DNA of 25,274 nt from positions 1 to 25,274 of the IMG/VR virus record IMGVR_UViG_3300025872_000280; one strand, given 5' to 3'. Position 1 is the first letter of the stretch. Every line of letters starts with the position of its first letter. Under the pieces are notes generated by a model that ran no database searches, was not told the DNA's origin, and saw nothing but the letters and a program-made list of their open reading frames with translations. Source of the stretch: a virus (Duplodnaviria > Caudoviricetes). The position numbers were made by a program, and so were the translations under genes. Positions 7,063 through 14,325 of the stretch are shown one piece after another.

Positions 7063-7343
7063 GGGTCGTACCTCAGCGCCTTGATCATGTAGCGCAACCG
7101 GGCGTTTCCACCAAGATCGGAGATCGTGGGAACATTGAAGGTTCCAGCACCACCGGATCCAAAGTGAGTCCCCAGCACGGCGAACAGGGCCGCATAGGTC
7201 ACTTGGCTATAGCTGGAGCCGTTGCACCAGAGCCATCCCTTGGGCGGATTGGTCGATCCTGTGTAAACGACGATGGATCCGATGGGCGTCTGCTGTTCGT
7301 TAAAGGCAGCCACCGTCATGTCTGGATTCAGGAGGTTTGGCAT
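7059..7343 (-). CDS. Stand-alone phage tail collar domain protein (94 aa)
   Basis: PIGSIVVYTG...PKGWLWCNG..YSQ..YAALFAVLG..FG......FNVP plus a terminal YMIKA match the tail-collar consensus. Confidence 0.88.
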   Translation of the reverse strand: MPNLLNPDMTVAAFNEQQTPIGSIVVYTGSTNPPKGWLWCNGSSYSQVTYAALFAVLGTHFGSGGAGTFNVPTISDLGGNARLRYMIKALRYDP

Positions 7344-7358
7344 GAGTGGCTGTCCTTA

Positions 7359-9041
7359 TCAGGAAACCCTGAAGCAAAGGTAAGTTCTAGCATCTACCGT
7401 TGCCGAGCTGCTAGATCCAGTTACGGTATGGAGATCCATCAAATCACCGAAAGCATCTCCACCATTTACTGGGGTTGTTGCAGATGTCATTGGAGCTTTT
7501 AGCCGACCAATAATGAGACCGTTGGGAGATCCTTGGCCTGCATTGGAAGCAATTACAATCATCATCCAAGTTCCTTGTCCAGATTTTGGCCTAGGCATAA
7601 ATCGATTGACACTTGGGAAACCAGTTGTAAAAGACACAAGATCAAACAACTCTTCATTGAATGATGATGCAGTCGTAAATGAGGAGGTAGTGTAGTTGTG
7701 GACAAGAAGGGCAACGCTGTTGAATACAAGAGCCTCAAGATAAAACTTGTTTACGGCATCTCTAGCGTTTGTCGGATTCCTCAAGTTCGTTGCGGTAAAT
7801 CCATTGCTTCCGGTGGTGCTCTGGAAATCAACATCCTGCGTAGGGGTTCCTACAGGAAGAGTCGTGAGGTTGGCAAGGCTCATCGCTCCGCTGGCTGCGA
7901 TCTTCATGAAGCGGTCGGCGGCAGCGGAGTCTGCAAACAGATTTGCACCAGAGCTTGCGGAATTCAGGTTGGCAAAGTTGACGCCGTTGGACGCGATCTT
8001 TCCAGAGGTAACGGCATTGTTCGCAAGGACGGCATTTGTCACCGACAGAAGGCCAAGCTTCTCGGTTGTCACTGCGTTGTTGGCAAGCTTCGCCGTAATG
8101 ACATTCAAGTCTTGGATGTTTCCCGACTGAATGGCATTCGATGCGATTTTGCCTGAAGTAACGGCTCCACCTTGCAGCGCGTTTGAATCGACGGAGTTGT
8201 CCGCAAGCTTGTCGGCAGTGACGGCATTGCTCTGGATGTTTGCCGTGGCGACCGCATCTGCGGCGAGATACTGGTTGGTGACCGAGCTGTTTGGAAGCAC
8301 GGACAGAACGCTTCGGGACACTCCGAAGTTCCGAACGCGGATTCCGACTCCGTTTGCCGGAGCAGCGGGGCTTCCACCAGACACAAAGCTGATCTTGGAT
8401 GCCGAGACCGTGTAGTCGGTGGTTGGGATCTGGAGGATTCCTCCAACCTCGACAATGAACATATTGGCATCGGTGTTCAGGGCTTCAGGGGACAGCGTGA
8501 AGTCGCTGGATGACCCGTTTCCAGTGAATGCCCAAGCCTGAGGAACAATGGGAGCGTTTCCAAAGACCTGAGCGGCATCGAGCTGCGCCTTGGTGACGGC
8601 ATCCTGAGCCGATTCCCCGTTGGCAAGGTTTCGGAGCTTCTTGTTTCCAGCGTCCCAGCTCAGTCCATCGATGGTCTTTGGAAGGGCTCCGCTTCCGGTG
8701 TCGTTGGCCTCCTGCACGATGTGCAGCATCCCCTTGAATCCCTTGTCGAGATCGGACGCCGTCAGGACGGATCCATCGGAGAAATCAACGACATTCGCTG
8801 CAAACCCCGCCGAAGTGCTGGGAGTCTCCCGGACGATCTTGATGATCTTGCCGGATGCCGGAGCAGTGGTGAAGACAACATTCTCATTGGCCCCTGCGGT
8901 GTCCAGCGTATATCCCGTTGTCTGTAGGGCGTTGTCGATGTAGACCTTGATGTACCCCGTACTGAGGTAATCATCGATTCCCGCAAACGAATAGGTCGTT
9001 GTGGACCCGTTCGCTGTGTAGGAGACATAGCTGTTTGGCAT
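7359..9041 (-). CDS. gp17: Tail fibre (T7 gp17-like N-terminal anchor)
   Basis: N-terminal YTANGSTTTYSF....YL....IKVY...FTTAPASG..I.I.RETP...VDFSDGSVLTASDLD......HIVQEA motif, two NL..P....DAV.K..L neck motifs and 10-aa shaft repeats. Follows gp16. Confidence 0.92.
   Translation of the reverse strand: MPNSYVSYTANGSTTTYSFAGIDDYLSTGYIKVYIDNALQTTGYTLDTAGANENVVFTTAPASGKIIKIVRETPSTSAGFAANVVDFSDGSVLTASDLDKGFKGMLHIVQEANDTGSGALPKTIDGLSWDAGNKKLRNLANGESAQDAVTKAQLDAAQVFGNAPIVPQAWAFTGNGSSSDFTLSPEALNTDANMFIVEVGGILQIPTTDYTVSASKISFVSGGSPAAPANGVGIRVRNFGVSRSVLSVLPNSSVTNQYLAADAVATANIQSNAVTADKLADNSVDSNALQGGAVTSGKIASNAIQSGNIQDLNVITAKLANNAVTTEKLGLLSVTNAVLANNAVTSGKIASNGVNFANLNSASSGANLFADSAAADRFMKIAASGAMSLANLTTLPVGTPTQDVDFQSTTGSNGFTATNLRNPTNARDAVNKFYLEALVFNSVALLVHNYTTSSFTTASSFNEELFDLVSFTTGFPSVNRFMPRPKSGQGTWMMIVIASNAGQGSPNGLIIGRLKAPMTSATTPVNGGDAFGDLMDLHTVTGSSSSATVDARTYLCFRVS
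7965..8291 (-). repeat. About 11 coding repeats of 10 aa (consensus N-A-V-T-x-x-K-[LI]-A-x) in the fibre shaft
   Basis: NAVTADKLAD, GAVTSGKIAS, LNVITAKLAN, NAVTTEKLGL and NAVTSGKIAS are visible in the translation. Confidence 0.85.
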
Positions 9042-9060
9042 GGTTTAGAGCTCCTTAGAT

Positions 9061-12000
9061 TCAGTTGTCGAAGATCGACTTTTTCTTCCGTGTCTGCTTC
9101 TTGAGTAGGTTGAATTCCTCGGCAATCTCGGCTTCCGTGACATTCAGGAAATGCTTCATCGCCGGGAAGTTCTGGAAGGGAAGAAGAAGTCGGAACTTAT
9201 GGACAGTGGACTGGGTGATGTCTCTTTCCTTATCCTCGTTTCCAATTGCCCTCTGCACGGTTGCTCCGGCGACATCCTTGGTGATGTCCCAAGTCTTTGA
9301 AAGGAACGACTGCGCCGGGAACCCGTACCAGTTCAGACCGCTGTACCTGTAGGCCGAGAACAAGGGATCATCATCCACAGCGGCAGCCCATGCGGCATCA
9401 ACGGCCATGATCGGAAGGAAGAACTCGCTGGGTCCAGTGAAGGCTCCACGGACAAATCCCGCCGTAGTCAGCATTCTCTGCTCGATGTCCCTAGCCTTCT
9501 CATCGTCTCCTGTAGCACGGGCGCTGGCTGCATCACCAATCTGCCTAGCGTACTGGATGAGTCCAGCGAACAGCATGGTGGCCGTGATCTCCTGAGCCAC
9601 CCTAAGCCTTCCGGCGTTTCCTCCACGCTTGGCTCTGGTGATGTTCTGGAACAGGAAGTTGTCCACGCCCTTCAGGTTGAATCCACGGAACTGGGTGAGG
9701 AGACGCCCGTACCAAGTGAAGCCGATGCGGTGGAAGTCTCCACGGGTAGGCATATCCTGAATTCGAGTCCTGACCGCACGGTCAACGAACGCCCTCAGGT
9801 TGTCCATGCGCACATCGTTGATGTTGCGAAGGTCAACGATGCGTTCTCCGGCCAGACCGTTTCGAGTGACTGCATTGGCGCCGACGAACTGCACGATCTC
9901 GTCGTACTGAGCTGGCTCCAGTCCAAGGGTCCTGATGGTCGCGTCATCGAACCTGTTGGCAGCGTTGCGGGAGACATCGTACAGGTGCTGAATAGTCGAG
10001 GCGGCCATCAGGTTCTGCGTGAACGATGTGACCGGAGCAAGCAGTGTGATGTCCGAGAAGAAGTTGGACACCGAGTTCAGGCCACGAATGAACGGGTTTG
10101 TCTCGTCTCCTGCCTGATTCGAGATGTCCTGCATCAGGGCCCGCCTCAGGCGATCCGTGGACGGATGGAACCAGTGGTCCATCATTCCAGCGAAGTTTCT
10201 GGCGCCCTCGTCCATGTTGTTCCAGTTGCCGACCATCTCGGAGAGGATCGGCATCTGGCGAAGCATCGATCCCATTCCCACCGTACCGATGATTCGTGAG
10301 GTCTCTCCGGCTGCGACAAGGCCGAACATACCTCCGGTGGACAGGTATCCGAGCGGAAGCATCGTGCCAAGGGTCGCTGATCCCCAACGCTCGAATCCAG
10401 CAAGCTCCCTGTTGCTCCTGTGCAGAGGCTCGTACCGGAGAGCAGAGACGATTTCGCGGAACGCAGCCGTGGCCTCTTCGTTCATCGAGCCGCCCATGGT
10501 CGCATCTAGGTTGCCGATCCTGTTGATGGTTCCGATCATCGCCTCGATGCTGTCGATCTGCACGGGATTCCCGTTGACATCCAAGATCCCGTAGTGGGCC
10601 AGCTGTTCGTTGAACGAGTCGATGAACCTACGCTCGTTGATCGCCCCGTACACCGATACCGAGTACTTCTTCAGGATCGTCGGGATGTCGGTCACGGTGA
10701 GATCGGCAAGACTCAGGTTGCTTCGACCGATGTTCAGGAAGTCCTGAGCAGTCGCCATCGACGCACCTTCATCCATCATGATTCGCGCACGACCGAATGG
10801 AGTAGGCGAGGTTCCTCCGGGAGACACCGGACCCTGTAGGTTGTCGATGGCCCGTGCGATCTCGTCATCGATGTCGAGCAAAGGAGCTGCATCGGAATCG
10901 TTCGAGAGGCTGATGAGCCTGTTTGTCAGGACTCTGGCGGCCTCACGAACATCGGTGAGGTTGACCACCGCTCCCGTTTCGGTGACGATCTGCCTAGTTC
11001 CCGTTGCTCCTCCAAGCGCGGTAAACAGCAGATCCTCAAGAGCCTGACGGCCTTCAACGGTGGTGCCAAGCCGACCGATTCGATCCCATCGCCAGAGACG
11101 GGGGAAATAGTTCGCCACGGCGCTGGTCTGGAATCCACGGACTCCAGCTCCATTGGCCGCAGTGTGGATGTCGTTGAAGATCTGCCTGAGAGACCGTGCA
11201 GTCTGGTTCACGGCTTCACTGGGATGATTGAAAGTCCCGCTTCGGAGCTGCTGCACTACTGCGTTGTCAAACTCCTCCATCATCTGCCGCCTGTTCCGGC
11301 TGAATGCAGTCCGAAGGCTGTCCATCATGGTGATGCGGTCGCTTGCCCCACGGTTCAAGGCATAGCGGGTGTATCCGTTCCTCCAAGCAAGGAGACCAGT
11401 GGCCAGATGTCCGGTCATCTCGTAGGAGCCTTCCTCGAACACCGTGCGGCCCTGTGCGACATTCACGCCGGATTCGGTGGCAAGGGCCCTGCGGGCGTTG
11501 AAAGCCTCCCAGACGGCCATACGGGCTGCCGGATTACGGATACGGAGCACAACGGCTGCTTGGTTGAAGAACCTCTGAATGGGCCCGAAGGTGTCCGATC
11601 CACGGGCAATCGGGACTTCCTCCTGCATACGGCGGGCACCGTCGATTGAGGTTCCTCCGGGAGGAGCGTTCGGCGGAACTACCGCAGATCCGGCTGCTCC
11701 ACCAGTTCCCGCTGCACCACCACCTCCAGCAGCTGGTGGAACGGGCTGCGCTGCGGCAACACGGGTTCCGGGAACAGCAGGAGCTCCAGCATTGACCCGT
11801 GCTTGCTCCCTAGCCCTTGCTGCTGCACGGAGAGCTGCGAGACGCTGCCCGGTGTTCCGCACGGTCGTTCCAAGGGCCCGTGGGACATAGATGCGCCTAC
11901 CCTGATTACCGACACGGGAATTGATCACCCCGGCGACCTGAGCAAGCCGAGCACGGGAATCAAGGACTCGCTGTCCTCTGGAGTTCACCCTCATCGGAGG

Positions 12001-14310
12001 ATCCTGCATGATCGCCCGAAGGTCCTCGATGATCTCCTCGAACATATCCCGAGTGACCACCGTTCCACGGTTGCGGATCTCGTTGGCCACCTGAAGGATC
12101 AGTGAAACTCCGTCAGGATCGTCAAGTCCGTATACGGCTGATGTTCCAAGTCCCGGAAGGGCTTCTCCAGCCTCGTCAAGCCCGGTGTCGAACTGAGACC
12201 ACAGTCCATCGATGGTGTTGCTCCGCTGGACAAGATCATCGAACGACTGATCCAGTGTTCCGATGGAGACGGCGTTGCCGCTTCTTCGGACATCTCGGAT
12301 CCGCTGAACAACATCCTCTCCTAGGAACCTCTCGATGGTCCTGTAGACGCTGGATTCAAGCGATGCTCCACGAAGACCAGCGGCATGGCCAGCGAACAAG
12401 GCCCGCGCAATGGTCCGGGTCATCTCCTGATCGACCGTACCGCCTCGCCTTGAGATTTCAGCCGCAATGGTGAGGACGGCAGACCGGATTCCGTTGACGG
12501 CGTTGATGTTCTGCTGGGCCGCCGCTGCATATCCAGTCCTCCTAGGAGGCGTGTACACGGTGGTGCCGTCAGCAAGAGTCCTGCGGCTCCATCCACGGCC
12601 CTGAAGCATCTCCCGGACACGGCCAACCTCGGTCGGATCTGCGTCTGCCCTAACCGAGATCGCCCTGATGTTCTCTCGAAGCTGCCTCCATTGTCCCCTG
12701 TACTGGAACGCCACATCGCCCTGCTCTGCGGCGGCAAACAGACGATCCGACTGAACGAAGTCTCCTCGAAGATTCCGAGAGTCAAGCTCAATCTCGATTC
12801 CGGTTCCGCGACCCTGACCTCCCGGATACAGATTGCGGTCGATTGCCACATCGTCGCCAAGGCCAGCAGCAAGCTCCCTAGCGCCCCTACGGTTCGTCAT
12901 GAAGACGCCGGAAGGACGGAGCTCCTCGGGAATCCCTGCACCCCTTCGGATGCTTCTGGCAAGCTCTCCACGCGGCCTAAGGCGATTTGCAGCCGCAGCG
13001 ATGACTCCACGCCATCCGCCACGGTTTCCACCAAGGATCTGCCTGATCAGGTTTTCGTTACCCGGCGTGTACATCGCTTCGCCAAAGCTGGCTGGACGGA
13101 CATCTCCTGCAAGCATGGATGCACCGACTTCGTCGGCACGGTTGGCGACATTCTCCCCCTGAAGGATCGGAAGACCAACGCTCTCCGTTCCGGGAACATT
13201 CTCGCGCCCGGTCCTTGAGAAAGCCTCGTAGGCATCGTCAGCGATGTTGTCGATGGTTTCCCCGACAGGAGCGACGGTCTGCCCAAGCAAGGTGCGGTCT
13301 GCGGCTGCCGCCGTGACGAATGCAAGCGGGCTCCTGTAGTGGATGACCCGGTTTCCAGCCCTGATCTGATGGAGATATCTGTTGGCGTAGCTCTCAACGG
13401 CATCGCTGTAATAGGCGCGGGCCGCGAACGATCCAATGGCCCCTCCAAGACCAGCGGCAAGGACGCCGTCAAAAGCCAGCGTAGACGCATCCGGGTCGTA
13501 GGTGGGATCGACTCCGCTTCTGGCGATCTTGATCGCGATTTCCTCAGCGACTCCCAGAGCCGCATACTTCCGCATACCCGCAAGACGGGAGACCGTTTCC
13601 GCAGCCTGTGCGGCTTCCTCGGACACGCGAACCATGTTTCCCCAACGCTCGGCTGAGGACCTCAAGGCGATCCGTCCTCCAGCAAGGGACATCGCCCTTC
13701 CTTCGGAAAGGAACGCAAGCGGCTCAAGAGCCATGCTCATGTTCACGATTGCTGCGGTATCCCCAACGAATCCAGCGATCTTTCCCGCTGTGCTTCCCTG
13801 AGCGGCAAATTCCGGCGTTGCAACACGGACCTGATCGAGCTTGTCCTGAAACTCTCCGTAGCTCTTGGATCCAAGAAGCCACGGCCAGTTCTCCGAAGAG
13901 ACCGACATCAGGTCGCTGGTGATGCCCTCAAGGTTGTTCAACCCTTCTTCTCGATGCGGGGCAAACGCCTCAAGTCCACGGTTGTCAGCCACTGGGTTGA
14001 ACGGATCGTACTGCTTGGTCTTCTTCTGGTTGAAGTTGAGCGGAGCTAGGTACGCCTCATCGTCGCTCGTAAGCTGGTTGAACTGCCTCTCTAGGTAGTA
14101 GGTGGCCTTTCCGGTCCAAGACGAGACAAGACCGCTCATGAACGGACCAAGGGTGTCCGTCATCGCCTTGATGTTGCTCTCTACAGGAGGATTGAGCTGA
14201 AGCTCCTGCTCGTAGCTGTATCTCTCCGCAGCCGACATCAGATCGACTGGGCTTTGGGTCTTGAGGATCCGCGTGTCGAACAGCGGTCTGCTTGAGCTTG
14301 TCTGGTCCAT
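9061..14310 (-). CDS. Large internal virion/ejection protein (T7 gp16-like, 1749 aa)
   Basis: Largest ORF, located between the gp15-like gene and the tail fibre. Cys-free and helical, with NYFPRLW and GRLLTQFRGF motifs as in gp16-type C-terminal regions. Confidence 0.85.
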   Translation of the reverse strand: MDQTSSSRPLFDTRILKTQSPVDLMSAAERYSYEQELQLNPPVESNIKAMTDTLGPFMSGLVSSWTGKATYYLERQFNQLTSDDEAYLAPLNFNQKKTKQYDPFNPVADNRGLEAFAPHREEGLNNLEGITSDLMSVSSENWPWLLGSKSYGEFQDKLDQVRVATPEFAAQGSTAGKIAGFVGDTAAIVNMSMALEPLAFLSEGRAMSLAGGRIALRSSAERWGNMVRVSEEAAQAAETVSRLAGMRKYAALGVAEEIAIKIARSGVDPTYDPDASTLAFDGVLAAGLGGAIGSFAARAYYSDAVESYANRYLHQIRAGNRVIHYRSPLAFVTAAAADRTLLGQTVAPVGETIDNIADDAYEAFSRTGRENVPGTESVGLPILQGENVANRADEVGASMLAGDVRPASFGEAMYTPGNENLIRQILGGNRGGWRGVIAAAANRLRPRGELARSIRRGAGIPEELRPSGVFMTNRRGARELAAGLGDDVAIDRNLYPGGQGRGTGIEIELDSRNLRGDFVQSDRLFAAAEQGDVAFQYRGQWRQLRENIRAISVRADADPTEVGRVREMLQGRGWSRRTLADGTTVYTPPRRTGYAAAAQQNINAVNGIRSAVLTIAAEISRRGGTVDQEMTRTIARALFAGHAAGLRGASLESSVYRTIERFLGEDVVQRIRDVRRSGNAVSIGTLDQSFDDLVQRSNTIDGLWSQFDTGLDEAGEALPGLGTSAVYGLDDPDGVSLILQVANEIRNRGTVVTRDMFEEIIEDLRAIMQDPPMRVNSRGQRVLDSRARLAQVAGVINSRVGNQGRRIYVPRALGTTVRNTGQRLAALRAAARAREQARVNAGAPAVPGTRVAAAQPVPPAAGGGGAAGTGGAAGSAVVPPNAPPGGTSIDGARRMQEEVPIARGSDTFGPIQRFFNQAAVVLRIRNPAARMAVWEAFNARRALATESGVNVAQGRTVFEEGSYEMTGHLATGLLAWRNGYTRYALNRGASDRITMMDSLRTAFSRNRRQMMEEFDNAVVQQLRSGTFNHPSEAVNQTARSLRQIFNDIHTAANGAGVRGFQTSAVANYFPRLWRWDRIGRLGTTVEGRQALEDLLFTALGGATGTRQIVTETGAVVNLTDVREAARVLTNRLISLSNDSDAAPLLDIDDEIARAIDNLQGPVSPGGTSPTPFGRARIMMDEGASMATAQDFLNIGRSNLSLADLTVTDIPTILKKYSVSVYGAINERRFIDSFNEQLAHYGILDVNGNPVQIDSIEAMIGTINRIGNLDATMGGSMNEEATAAFREIVSALRYEPLHRSNRELAGFERWGSATLGTMLPLGYLSTGGMFGLVAAGETSRIIGTVGMGSMLRQMPILSEMVGNWNNMDEGARNFAGMMDHWFHPSTDRLRRALMQDISNQAGDETNPFIRGLNSVSNFFSDITLLAPVTSFTQNLMAASTIQHLYDVSRNAANRFDDATIRTLGLEPAQYDEIVQFVGANAVTRNGLAGERIVDLRNINDVRMDNLRAFVDRAVRTRIQDMPTRGDFHRIGFTWYGRLLTQFRGFNLKGVDNFLFQNITRAKRGGNAGRLRVAQEITATMLFAGLIQYARQIGDAASARATGDDEKARDIEQRMLTTAGFVRGAFTGPSEFFLPIMAVDAAWAAAVDDDPLFSAYRYSGLNWYGFPAQSFLSKTWDITKDVAGATVQRAIGNEDKERDITQSTVHKFRLLLPFQNFPAMKHFLNVTEAEIAEEFNLLKKQTRKKKSIFDN

Positions 14311-14325
14311 GTTTTTAGGGGCCTC

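Noticed and set aside
11645-11790. Pro/Ala/Gly low-complexity stretch in gp16 as the cause of the Lys gap
   Set aside because: It covers only about 50 of the 952 Lys-free residues; it is an ordinary inter-domain linker.
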